Of a DNA stretch of 64,000 bases, positions 1-12,803 are shown one piece after another (within the stretch, counting starts at the first letter, position 1; every line of letters begins with the position of its first letter). The stretch covers positions 19,038,848-19,102,847 of the forward strand of contig CM120643.1 of the NCBI GenBank assembly GCA_051362555.1. The letters are read 5' to 3'. A program made the translations under genes and the position numbers. This stretch comes from Lingula anatina. Lineage: Eukaryota > Animalia > Brachiopoda. A model generated the notes under the pieces. It was given only the letters and a program-made list of their open reading frames with translations. It was not told where the DNA came from and ran no database searches.

Positions 1-92
1 TGGCCAAATTTTCATAATGAAAATGTGACTCCCCGAAGAAATTTTGACTCCCCCACAAAACTTTGTAAATCCTAACTTTTATATTGAAGTAT

Positions 93-611
93 TCATAATG
101 GAGAAAGATAATTGCCCCCACGCTCTGTCTTTTTGATCACGAAGTCGACGTACTTGGTGTACGCCTCTATTGGCAGAAAGGAAGAGATGATAAAAAAGGT
201 TGCTTTTTCAGTTAATGTCACACCAGATTAAGATATAATAAAAACGAAATGTTAGATTAATATCAAGAAAGCTGAACCAGACCTTTAAGTTTGCGAATGA
301 ACTCACGTTTTCTCTTGCACACGAACCATTATGCCGAGCTACAATCCCTTTCATTCTAACTCCCACTGTGGTAGGTGGGCAGGTCCACTAGGATAGGCCA
401 GTCATTGGATACGTCAAGTAAACATGTACACCAACGAGACTTTTAAGTTAAAACTCCTATCATGTCGGCTTTCCGTAAGTGATCGTGCAGAGGGTATCAA
501 CGTTGTCATACGCTAATGACGACGATGGTGGTCTAAGGGTGTCCTTGATTGCAAAGGAGTGCGCGTTCACATTTGTACTGACATATCCAGGATTTTGCAA
601 AAGGAAGGGGT
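93..611 (-). pseudogene. Possible decayed C-type lectin-like gene fragment
   Basis: Minus strand ~410-307 reads SNDWPILVDLPTYHSGS*NERDCSSA*WFVCKRK, resembling the CTL C-terminal GxWNDxxCxxxxxFVCK motif with two in-frame stops (TAG at the Trp position, 356-358; TAA at 329-331). It ends at a GTGAGT donor (301-306). A phase-compatible last exon is at 166-93 (AYTKYVDFVIKKTERGGNYLSPL*), and a candidate upstream exon starts at 611. Confidence 0.35.
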
Positions 612-1973
612 CTGCTAAGTAAATGATGACATGCATAAAAATAAACATATGCCGATCGAAGCGGTAGACAAGGGCATTGTTGCCGGAATATCCAGGGCAT
701 AAAGATGGGGACGGTTTTGAGTTTGACTCTTTTCTTTCGAAGTAATCTTCTTTTCTTTTATTTATTTGCTAATTTATTTATTTTGGGGGGAGGGGAAAGG
801 TAGGAGAGACAGTATAGCCGGCCACCTGGGAAATATTTCAAGCTAAGGATGGGGAGATGTCTATATGAAGCCCTTTTTTAATCTCTTCTAATAGTACATT
901 TTCTCGTCGGAAAATCAGCCGAGGGACCCTTTATGACTCCTTATTAACCGAAGTAAAAGTATAAGTAAAGGACAAACACAAATATGGTGTTCGAAATTTG
1001 GCCGCTGGCATTGAAAGGTTCCTCTAGTAATGGATTCTGGTAGAGAGCAAGAGAGAGACATTTCCCCCGCTTTACCCGTTTGCCTTCACTAGACAGTCCC
1101 TATTGTCTAGACAGTCCCTAGGTACTGTCTTTCTTGTTATAAAACGGACACAATATATGTCTTGTAATTGGACTGTCACTGATTTATCTTGGATCAAAAC
1201 AGACTCAAATTTGGGGCATTTATCCGTATTTCCTTTTGGTAAAAAAGCCTATTTTTATGGTTAAATGCGTATTTATTATGGGACATATACCGAGAAGGGT
1301 GAACACAGTCCGTGTAGTTAACTGCTGAAAACGCGGCCAATGACGCTACTGCTAATGTGACGTTATGCACATCAGGATTAGCTAGCGAAACGGAAGATCT
1401 GCAGCTTACTCCTTGAATAATTTCATTGAAATGAACCTTTTCATACATATGGAATGAATGTCCTAAACTAATATAACTTTAGTACGCTTAATTCAAGCGT
1501 GGGCTCGAATTAGGGCATTACGTTTTTGACTAACTGAACGGATAACGCAATTTAAAGATTCCACGGTTCATGTCAGATTTACATAAGGTGCAAAAAATAA
1601 AAAAAGTCCACATAACTGTAGCTACATATTGTAAGTGAAGTCTTCAACTCCTAACTCTCCGAAATCACGTCTGCCCTCTGCTCCGTCTCTCCTAGTCCCC
1701 TCCTCTACTCTCTCTTCCTCTCTCTCCTATTCACTCCCCCAAGGTATCAATTCTCATCGCTTGTATACTAATTTCTTATCTCACGTGGATCCAAACTTTA
1801 ATTGCTTATAATTGTATAATTAATTTCTTTTCCTCGGCGTTATACAAATAGGTTGCCACATTACTCGAGAACTATTGGACCACAACACGTTACGTCATAT
1901 GACCTCATGAGATATCTTTTTGGTCTTTATGTCGGACACGACATCATATCATTTTGGTAAGTACCTTTAAAGT

Positions 1974-4408
1974 ATGATGACTTCATACATTCGTACGTGC
2001 TTTATAGCCGCCTTAGTTTCGGTCCTTTCACTGCTCCATGCAGCGTCTGGTGATGACTCTCAACTGCGTCTAGAACTATCTGATCTGCTAGCCCGCAATG
2101 CGCTGGCGATGGACAGATTGAGGGCAGAGTGTAAAGGATATGAAAATTTCGGGTTCCCCCCTGCTTCATCTAATGTGGTTGTTGGCAGACGACAGACCAC
2201 CGGCGTGGATATACAATTGTTAGTGGATATTGGGTATCAGAAGGCAGTGAACGAACACCTGCTAAAGGTATGCCTATGCTTCCAGTTTTCACTGAATTCA
2301 TTACATGATTAATATCAATACATTCGTAATACTGAAAAAAATAAACGTTTAGGTCCCAACTTTGTCGGCATCCTGCTTACATTTTCGTTTAGATGTCATC
2401 TACCGGTAGATTTCCTCACAACAGTTCATATTTTTTTTCAATGTAAGTATTAATATTGACATATCAAATGAAACTGTAGATCTGTTGTTGACTGAGGATC
2501 GAAATAGCACACGTAATATGTTAAACATAGTATTCCATAAGGTAGAGAAATACTGCTGAAGGTTAGGTTATGAAATACTGTGAATATTTCTAAGTATTAT
2601 AATGTACAGATGCAATGGAACTATTATCATTTCTAATGGAGGAAACAGTACACACCACATATTTAAGATATTTAAGCGTTTTTCTTAAGTTAATAATACT
2701 TCGATGAGAACAATGTTAATAAAGAAACACAATATGAAGGAAGAAAACTAGAGATATAATAGAAATGATACTTACTTTAGGTAATTTAGGTACTGAGTCC
2801 TAAACATCTATACTTCATTCGTCTGTTTTCATTCACGACAGCTTTATGGCAACTGTACTAGACATACTACGACCCCAAAACCATCTACTACTACAACAGT
2901 GATTACGACAACAACAACATCTTCAACGACGTCTACGACAACTGCTCGTCCAGTGGAATCCTGTATGGACAAGACAGATTGCTCTAGATACACAAATGAT
3001 ATCTGCATCCAGTTTCTAAAGTGGAGCGCAGATTACTGCAAATTCTTCTGTGGATTTTGCGGTAGGTTTTGAATAGATGGATAATATTTCAACAAAGATA
3101 TAATTTCTCAAATGCTTCAAAATTATTAAATGCATACCAAAAAGGCATAAGAAAAATAATAATATTGAGAAATAAAAATAGAGTCTTGGAATTTCAGTTT
3201 AAAAATTTTTCTCCTTAGTCATAAATATAATATCATTCCATAGCCGATCACGGATTGACCATCTAGAAACCGTTTCTTGAGTTTTAATTTTCTAAGTTTT
3301 GATAATATTTTGGTTCTTTTCAGGTTGTTCAACGTTGGTGGCTGATGTTGCCTTTATATTAGATGCTTCAGGAAGCGTCGGCAGTGCCAATTTTAATAAA
3401 ATGAAGGATTTCGTTCGGAATTTTGTCAGTTCGTTTAATATCGGCAACCAGCATGTTCAGATAGCCTTAATTCAATACAGCACCAGATCCACCATCGAGT
3501 CCTATTTCAGCAATGCGTCTTCAAAAGCAGAAGTTTATCGAGCCATAGACCAGATACAATACACTTCTGGAACCACCCATACTGGTGAAGCCATCAGAGA
3601 TATGTGGCAGAATCTGTTTAGTGCCAAAAATGGCGCGCGCCTTGGGGCCATCAAGATCGGCATTGTTATCACTGATGGGCAATCCAACGACATGTCTCTT
3701 ACCACAAACGAGGCCAAGAATGCTAGAGATAGGGGTATCAACATGTTTGCTATTGGAGTGGGAGTAAATATCAAGGTATTGTCTTGTTGTGTCAAACCTC
3801 GTTTGTTCTGGCCCTGCATGTGTCATTAAAATTATCTGGTCAAAAATAGTTATTTGCATGAATTAAGACTTAAATTGCCTAAACTTAACAAAACAAAATA
3901 AAAATGAAAACAAATAGTGAACAGAGTTAAAGAAATACCGAATACAGCCGTTAATCTACTAACCAGATATTACAACAAGGCAGCAAAGCTGTCAAATGTA
4001 CAGACAAAGAACAGAAAATAAAGATGCAAATAAGTGAAAAATTAAATTTTCACAAAAAACTGTTAAATTGCCAGAAAAATTTACCAAACAGACTGCGTTG
4101 CCTATTGAAGCTGTATTTTAGTCCCATGTTTCTTTCCTATGAGTTTGAGAACAGTAAGTAACATGATTTCCCTTAAATGGTCATCATAGGAGCAGTGCCC
4201 AAAATAGGGGTTTCTTCAAATTTTGATACAACATTAAATAATGTTTAACAGCATAATGACAATCAAATGTTATTAATAAAATATTAGTAACATGGACATT
4301 CAGAAAATGTGACAAGCAAAAGTCTTCAAGATCATGGAACTTTAAAGTCACACCTTGAAAATGCCAATATGTGAAAAATTAAATTTTCACAAAAAACTGT
4401 TTAACTGC

Positions 4409-4454
<46 letters not shown>

Positions 4455-5775
4455 AAACAGACTGCATTGCCTACTGAAGCTGTATTTTAGTCCCATGTTT
4501 CTTTCCTGTAAGTTTGAGAACAGTAAGTGACATGATTTTCCTTAAATGGTCATCATGGAAGCAGTGCCCAAAATAGGGGTTTCTTCAAATTTTGATGCAA
4601 TATTACATAATGTTTAACAGCTTAATGACCATCAATTTTTAATTATAAAATATTTGTATCACAGATATTCAGAAAATGTGACTAGCAAAGGTCTTCAGGC
4701 CCATGGAACTTCAAAGTCATGCCTTGAAAATGCCAAAATGTAAACAAGACAGCACTGTTCTGAAATGGGTTTATTTCCATTTTTAACACTTTTTTAACAT
4801 AAAACAAAATAAACATTTTACTGCCATTTTTATATGACCAACTAAAAAAATTGATGAGATGGGAAAAGTATCAATAGAACAGTGTTAAATGTCCAATTTC
4901 CTCCATTCTGAGATTCTGAACATAGTGGATGATTGAATCTGACAAACTGCAATGATATCAGTTTATTTCCATTTTTGACACTTTATTACACAATACATGA
5001 TGACAAGTTTACCATGTTTTTTACATAATCAACTAACAATGTTGTAAAGATGCAGGAAATATCAAACAAACACTTTTAGGCATCTTATTAGTTAAATAAT
5101 GAGACTGTTAACATGCTTAAGAATTGAATCTGAGGAAATGTGAAAAAAACAGTATAACTTCTAAAATAATGGCCCGATTATGCTGATTTTCGAACTCAAC
5201 CTGCGTTTTAGTAAGATTGACCACTTCTGTGAGTATAATTACAATTGGCCAATCCGTTTTTCTTATATTGTGTTATCAGTGTTGCATTTATATTGAAAAT
5301 AGTGAAAAAACAACATAAATTCCCTCAAAATAGCCCAATCATGCTGATTTTCTAACTTGACCTACGTATTATGAATATTCATCAGTTCTGTAAGTTTCAA
5401 GTCAAAAGGTAAAATGGTTTTCCACTTATCGTGTTATCGGTGCTGCATATATGCTGAAAAAAGTGAAAAAACAGCATAAATTCCCTAAAAGTGACCCGAT
5501 CATGCTGATTTTCGAACTTGACCTGCGTATTATGAATATTCATCAGTTCTGTAAGTTTCAAGTCAAAAGGTAAAATGGTTTTCCACTTATCGTGTTATCG
5601 GTGCTGCATATATGCTGAAAAAAGTGAAAAAACTGCATAAATTCCCTAAAAGTGACCCGATCATGCTGATTTTCGAACTTGACCTGCGTATTATGAATAT
5701 TCATCAGTTCTGCAAGTTTCAAGTCAAAAGGTAAAATGGTTTTCCACTTATCGTGTTATCGGTAAAAGTGCACGG

Positions 5776-5806
<31 letters not shown>

Positions 5807-8800
5807 AGACGCAGATGATGGCTATATGTACAGACACATCTGTGTCTGTACATAAAAATGCACAGCACTTCTGGTGGATGGGAGTATAAAATCACATCTT
5901 GGAGATGCTTGTGTTTGAAAAATAATTTTAAAAAAATTTAAATAAAACGTAAAAAATTCCAATAAAGCTGCTATTCAAACTTTTAATCTAGCTGCATTAA
6001 CTTGATATTAATAACCCCACCAAGTTTGAGAAAAATAAAGCACTGTTATTCATCTATAGCATGTTGGCATAACACATTCTTTTTGTTGTAAATTTATTTG
6101 CAATGTTAAACACCATTTATCTGCACAATTATCACCAAATCCTAATTTTGTGACACAGTTAAGAGAGCTAAACCTATGGGACTTTACAGGGAAATCTCAA
6201 GGAGTGTTTTATGTAATCTCATTTAATGGCCAATTGAAAATTAATGAGTAGGCAAGTGACTTTATAGACCTTAATTTAATTAGTGATCACCCAAGGGACA
6301 ATTTAATAGACTGTCATCCATACAGTACCATCATATAGCACAAAGGTGTTGCATACATGCTGAAAAAAGTGAAAAAACAGCATTACTTCCCTAAAAATGA
6401 CCCGATGATGCTGATTTTCAAACTTGACCTGCGTATTATGAATATTCATTAGTTCTGCAAGTTTCAAACCAAAAGGTAAAATGGTTTTCCACTTATCATG
6501 TTATCAGTGTTGCATATATGCTGAAAAAAGTGAAAAACAGCATAACTTCCCTAAAAATGACCCAATCATACTGATTTTCAAACTTGACCTGCGTAATATG
6601 AATATTCATTAGTTCTGCAAGTTTCAAGCCAAAAGGTAAAATGATTTTTCACTTATCATGTTATCAGTGTTGCATATATGGTGAAAAAAGTGAAAAACAG
6701 CATAACTTCCCTAAAAATGACCCGATCATGCTGATTTTCAAACTTGACCTGCGTATTATGAATATTCATCAGTTTTGTAAGTTTCAAGGGAAAAGTTAAA
6801 ATGGTTTTCCACTTATCGTGTTATCGGTGCTGCATATATGCTGAAACAAGACAGCACTGTTCTGCAATGGGTTGACTTCCATTTTTAAAACACTTTTTTA
6901 ACATAGAACAAAATAAAGTTTTCTACCATTTGTATATGATCAACTAAGAAAATTGATGAGATGGGAAAAATATCAATAGAACAGTGTTAAATGTCCAATT
7001 TCCTCCATTCTGAGATAATGAATATAGTAGATGATTGAATCTGACAAACTGCAATGATATTTGTTTATTTCCATTTTTGACACTTTATAACATAATACAC
7101 AATCACAAGTTTACCATCATTTTTACATAATCAACTAACAATGTTATTAAGATGCAGGAAATGTCAAACAAACACCTTTACGTATCTTATTAGTTCAATA
7201 ATGAGACTGTTAATATGCCTAACAATTGAATCTGAGGAAATGTGAAAAAACAGCATAACTTCTAAAAGAATGGCCCGATTATGCTGATTTTGGATCTCAA
7301 CCTGCGTTTTAGTTAGTTTGACTACTCCTGTGAGTATAATGACAATTGGCCTATCTGTTTTTCTTATATTGTGTTATTAGCGTTGCATATATGTTGAAAG
7401 AAGTGAAAAACAGCATAACATCCCTAAAAATGGCCCGATCATGCTGATTTTCAAACTTGACCTGCGTATTTTGAATATTCCTCAGTTTTGTAAGTTTCAA
7501 GCCAAAAGGTAAAATGGTTTTCCATTTATGGTGTTATCGGTGCTGCATATATGCTGAAAAAAGAGAAAAAATAGCCTAAATTCACTAAAAATGACCCAAT
7601 CACGCTGATTTTCAAACTTGACCTGCGTATTATGAATATTCATCAGTTCTGTAAGTTTCAAGCCAAAAGGTAAAATGGTTTTCCACTTATCGTGTTATCG
7701 GTGCTGCATATATGCTGAAAAAAGTGAAAAAACAGCATAAATTCCCTATAAGTGACCCGATCATGCTGATTTTCAAACTTGACCTGCGTAATATGAATAT
7801 TCATCAGTTCTGCAAGTTTCAAGCCAAAAGGTAAAATGATTTTTCACTTATCATGTTATCAGTGTTGCATATATGGTGAAAAAAGTGAAAAACAGCATAA
7901 CTTCCCTAAAAATGACCCGATCATGCTGATTTTCAAACTTGACCTGCGTATTATGAATATTCATCAGTTTTGTAAGTTTCAAGGGAAAAGTTAAAATGGT
8001 TTTCCACTTATCGTGTTATTGGTGCTGCATATATGCTGAAACAAGACAGCACTGTTCTGCAATGGGTTTACTTCCATTTTTAAACACTTTTTTAACATAG
8101 AACAAAATAAAGTTTTCTACCATTTGTATATGATCAACTAAGAAAATTGATGAGATGGGAAAAATATCAATAGAACAGTGTTAAATGTCCAATTTCCTCC
8201 ATTCTGAGATAATGAATATAGTAGATGATTGAATCTGACAAACTGCAATGATATTTGTTTATTTCCATTTTTGACACTTTATAACATAATACACAATCAC
8301 AAGTTTACCATCATTTTTACATAATCAACTAACAATGTTATTAAGATGCAGGAAATGTCAAACAAACACTTTTACGTATCTTATTAGTTCAATAATGAGA
8401 CTGTTAATATGCCTAACAATTGAATCTGAGGAAATGTGAAAAAACAGCATAACTTCTAAAAGAATGGCCCGATTATGCTGATTTTGGATCTCAACCTGCG
8501 TTTTAGTTAGTTTGACTACTCCTGTGAGTATAATGACAATTGGCCTATCTGTTTTTCTTATATTGTGTTATTAGCGTTGCATATATGTTGAAAGAAGTGA
8601 AAAACAGCATAACATCCCTAAAAATGGCCCGATCATGCTGATTTTCGAACTTGACCTGCGTATTATGAATATTCATCAGTTCTGTAAGTTTCAAGCCAAA
8701 AGGTAAAATGGTTTTCCATTTATGGTGTTATCGGTGCTGCATATATGCTGAAAAAAGAGAAAAAATAGCCTAAATTCACTAAAAATGACCCAATCACGCT

Positions 8801-11800
8801 GATTTTCGAACTTGACCTGCGTATTATGAATATTCATCAGTTCTGTAAGTTTCAAGCCAAAAGGTAAAATGGTTTTCCACTTATCGTGTTATCGGTGCTG
8901 CATATATGCTGAAAAAAGTGAAAAAACAGCATAAATTCCCTATAAGTGACCCGATCATGCTGATTTTCAAACTTGACCTGCGTAATATGAATATTCATCA
9001 GTTCTGCAAGTTTCAAGCCAAAAGGTAAAATGATTTTTCACTTATCATGTTATCAGTGTTGCATATATGGTGAAAAAAGTGAAAAACAGCATAACTTCCC
9101 TAAAAATGACCCGATCATGCTGATTTTCAAACTTGACCTGCGTATTATGAATATTCATCAGTTTTGTAAGTTTCAAGGGAAAAGTTAAAATGGTTTTCCA
9201 CTTATCGTGTTATTGGTGCTGCATATATGCTGAAACAAGACAGCACTGTTCTGCAATGGGTTTACTTCCATTTTTAAACACTTTTTTAACATAGAACAAA
9301 ATAAAGTTTTCTACCATTTGTATATGATCAACTAAGAAAATTGATGAGATGGGAAAAATATCAATAGAACAGTGTTAAATGTCCAATTTCCTCCATTCTG
9401 AGATAATGAATATAGTAGATGATTGAATCTGACAAACTGCAATGATATTTGTTTATTTCCATTTTTGACACTTTATAACATAATACACAATCACAAGTTT
9501 ACCATCATTTTTACATAATCAACTAACAATGTTATTAAGATGCAGGAAATGTCAAACAAACACTTTTACGTATCTTATTAGTTCAATAATGAGACTGTTA
9601 ATATGCCTAACAATTAAATCTGAGGAAATGCGAAAAAACAGCATAACTTCTAAAAGAATGGCCCGATTATGCTGATTTTGGATCTCAACCTGCGTTTTAG
9701 TTAGTTTGACTACTCCTGTGAGTATAATGACAATTGGCCTATCTGTTTTTCTTATATTGTGTTATTAGCGTTGCATATATGTTGAAAGAAGTGAAAAACA
9801 GCATAACATCCCTAAAAATGGCCCGATCATGCTGATTTTCGAACTTGACCTGCGTATTATGAATATTCATCAGTTCTGTAAGTTTCAAGCCAAAAGGTAA
9901 AATGGTTTTCCATTTATGGTGTTATCGGTGCTGCATATATGCTGAAAAAAGAGAAAAAATAGCCTAAATTCACTAAAAATGACCCAATCACGCTGATTTT
10001 CGAACTTGACCTGCGTATTATGAATATTCATCAGTTCTGTAAGTTTCAAGCCAAAAGGTAAAATGGTTTTCCACTTATCGTGTTATCGGTGCTGCATATA
10101 TGCTGAAAAAAGTGAAAAAACAGCATAAATTCCCTATAAGTGACCCGATCATGCTGATTTTCAAACTTGACCTGCGTAATATGAATATTCATCAGTTCTG
10201 CAAGTTTCAAGCCAAAAGGTAAAATGATTTTTCACTTATCATGTTATCAGTGTTGCATATATGGTGAAAAAAGTGAAAAACAGCATAACTTCCCTAAAAA
10301 TGACCCGATCATGCTGATTTTCAAACTTGACCTGCGTATTATGAATATTCATCAGTTTTGTAAGTTTCAAGGGAAAAGTTAAAATGGTTTTCCACTTATC
10401 GTGTTATTGGTGCTGCATATATGCTGAAACAAGACAGCACTGTTCTGCAATGGGTTTACTTCCATTTTTAAACACTTTTTTAACATAGAACAAAATAAAG
10501 TTTTCTACCATTTGTATATGATCAACTAAGAAAATTGATGAGTTGGGAAAAATATCAATAGAACAGTGTTAAATGTCCAATTTCCTCCATTCTGAGATAA
10601 TGAATATAGTAGATGATTGAATCTGACAAACTGCAATGATATTTGTTTATTTCCATTTTTGACACTTTATAACATAATACACAATCACAAGTTTACCATC
10701 ATTTTTACATAATCAACTAAAAATGTTATTAAGATGCAGGAAATGTCAAACAAACACTTTTACGTATCTTATTAGTTCAATAATGAGACTGTTAATATGC
10801 CTAACAATTGAATCTGAGGAAATGTGAAAAAACAGCATAACTTCTAAAAGAATGGCCCGATTATGCTGATTTTGGATCTCAACCTGCGTTTTAGTTAGTT
10901 TGACTACTCCTGTGAGTATAATGACAATTGGCCTATCTGTTTTTCTTATATTGTGTTATTAGCGTTGCATATATGTTGAAAGAAGTGAAAAACAGCATAA
11001 CATCCCTAAAAATGGCCCGATCATGCTGATTTTCGAACTTGACCTGCGTATTATGAATATTCATCAGTTCTGTAAGTTTCAAGCCAAAAGGTAAAATGGT
11101 TTTCCATTTATGGTGTTATCGGTGCTGCATATATGCTGAAAAAAGAGAAAAAATAGCCTAAATTCACTAAAAATGACCCAATCACGCTGATTTTCGAACT
11201 TGACCTGCGTATTATGAATATTCATCAGTTCTGTAAGTTTCAAGCCAAAAGGTAAAATGGTTTTCCACTTATCGTGTTATCGGTGCTGCATATATGCTGA
11301 AAAAAGTGAAAAAACAGCATAAATTCCCTATAAGTGACCCGATCATGCTGATTTTCGAACTTGACCTGCGTATTATGAATATTCATCAGTTCTGTAAGTT
11401 TCAAGCCAAAAGGTGAAATGATTTTCCACTTATCGTGTTATCGGTGCTGCATATATGCTGAAAAAAGTGAAAAAACAGCATAAATTCCCTATAAGTGACC
11501 CGATCATGCTGATTTTCGAACTTGACCTGCGTATTACGAATATTCATCAGTTCTGTAAGTTTCAAGCCAAAAGAAAAAACAGTTTTCCACTTATCGTGTT
11601 ATAGGTAGAAGTGCACGGCGACGGCGACGGCGACGGCGACGACAGACGCAGATGATGGCTATATGTACAGACACATCTGTGTCTGTACATAAAAAGGGAT
11701 AAATGCAGCAATGAGTAGGCCAAACTATTTGAGTGTTTTTTCCAGACAACGGAATTAAACAGTATAGCGTCTGACCCTGATGATCGACACGTGTTCTCAG

Positions 11801-12803
11801 TATCAAGCTTTGCAGATTTTGCCTCCATACAAGCGGATTTTACATCGGGCATATGCAAAGGTATTGTCTTTAACACCAACAGGTGATAAACGTGCTTTAT
11901 TATCCAATCTTTGTGGAGTTACTTGCGTTGAAATGATTTTGTCAAAAAGGCGTAATTTGTATTAGTTTATGAATCTTGTTGACGTCCATTTAAGGTAATT
12001 ATCATGCACAATATACAAATAAATAAGTTTTCCTCATATTGTAGGTTGTGCAACGTTAGTGGCTGATGTTGCCTTTGTATTAGATGCATCAGGTAGCGTC
12101 GGCAGTGCCAATTTTAATAAAATGAAGGACTTCGTTCGGAATTTTGTGAGTTCGTTCATAATTACCAACCAGCATGTTCAGATAGGCCTAATGCAGTTCA
12201 GCAGCAGATCCACCATCGAGTCCTATTTCAGCGATACTTCAACAAAAGCAGAAGTTTATCGAGCCATAGACCAGATACAGTACATTTCTGGAAGCACCCA
12301 TACTGGTGAAGCCATCAGAGATATGTGGCAGAATCTGTTCAACGACAAAAATGGTGCTCGCCTTGGGGCCATCAAGATCGGAATTGTCGTCACTGATGGA
12401 CAATCCAACAACATGTTGCTAACTACAGCAGAGGCAAAGAATGCCAGAGACCAGGGTATTACCATGTTTTCGATTGGCATTGGGAATGGAATTAAGGTAC
12501 GTCTATGTTGGAACAACGCATTGTTCTCGTTCGCAATGTGATAATTGAATTTTCTGTGGTAAATGAAGAAAAGAATTCCGATTGAATTACCGTCACAAAA
12601 TAAATTAAACTAGGTATAATACATTTGATAAATCAACCCAGATTAGAGATGAAATAACAACCAAAGAGTATTTTTGTTTCCAGGTGACGGAATTACAGAG
12701 TATTGCATCTGATCCTGATAGCCGACACGTGTTTGTAATAGCAAGCTTTGCAGATTTTGCCTCCATACAGGCAGAATTTGCACGAGTCATTTGCAAAGGT
12801 TAA
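1974..12803 (+). CDS. Gene A: secreted protein, signal peptide - unassigned helical domain - Thr-rich linker - ShKT - VWA - VWA (matrilin/collagen-VWA-like), ~550 aa
   Basis: Exons 1974-2267, 2842-3061, 3324-3775, 11746-11860, 12045-12496, 12684-12803, all GT-AG, total 1653 nt. Hydrophobic N-terminus; ShKT CMDKTDCSRYTNDICIQFLKWSADYCKFFCGFC. Two VWA domains with intact MIDAS (DASGS...T...TDG), each split into a 452-nt exon plus a short ELxSIASDPD exon. AATAAA at 12937. Confidence 0.88.
4034..4740. repeat. Two diverged tandem copies of a ~337-bp unit; the second carries a 43-nt poly-A (4410-4452)
   Basis: GTGAAAAATTAAATTTTCACAAAAAACTG recurs at 4034 and 4371, with colinear downstream sequence. 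Confidence 0.85.
5140..5765. repeat. About four ~161-bp core monomers
   Basis: ATGCTGATTTT at 5341, 5502 and 5663 (161-bp spacing), plus a more diverged first copy near 5180. Confidence 0.9.
6346..11610. repeat. Satellite-like array: ~160-bp monomers organised into four ~1194-bp higher-order units
   Basis: TGAAACAAGACAGCACTGTTCTG at 6842, 8037, 9231 and 10425 (spacing 1195/1194/1194). Each unit is ~400 bp of non-core sequence plus 5 monomers. Confidence 0.95.

Larger units (their letters stand above)
3974..11695 (+). mobile_element. Composite non-autonomous Helentron/HINE (bivalve pearl/DTC-like) element in intron 3 of gene A
   Basis: Starts AACAAG with subterminal ATGTACAGACA (3996-4006). 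Contains ~160-bp core repeats, a GACGGC/GAC microsatellite, then the hairpin TATGTACAGACAC-ATCT-GTGTCTGTACATA followed by an A run. The 3' end occurs twice (5825-5858 and 11662-11695). No transposase ORF. Confidence 0.8.

Noticed and set aside
1089-1121. Short direct repeat CTAGACAGTCCCTA x2
   Set aside because: A simple local duplication with no supporting structure.
3299-3829. ORF-track starts and ends for the VWA ORFs (also 12059..12541, 24509..25030, 61387..62778)
   Set aside because: They run into introns or begin at non-ATG or internal codons; splice-defined exons were used instead.
4410-4452. 43-nt poly-A as a retrotransposon tail
   Set aside because: It sits where the sister copy has AGAAAAATTTA, so it is a homopolymer expansion or a sequencing artefact; no TSD or element body.
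5140-11610. Regularly spaced repeats as a CRISPR array
   Set aside because: The units are contiguous ~160-bp monomers with no unique spacers, there are no cas genes, and the context is a eukaryotic intron.
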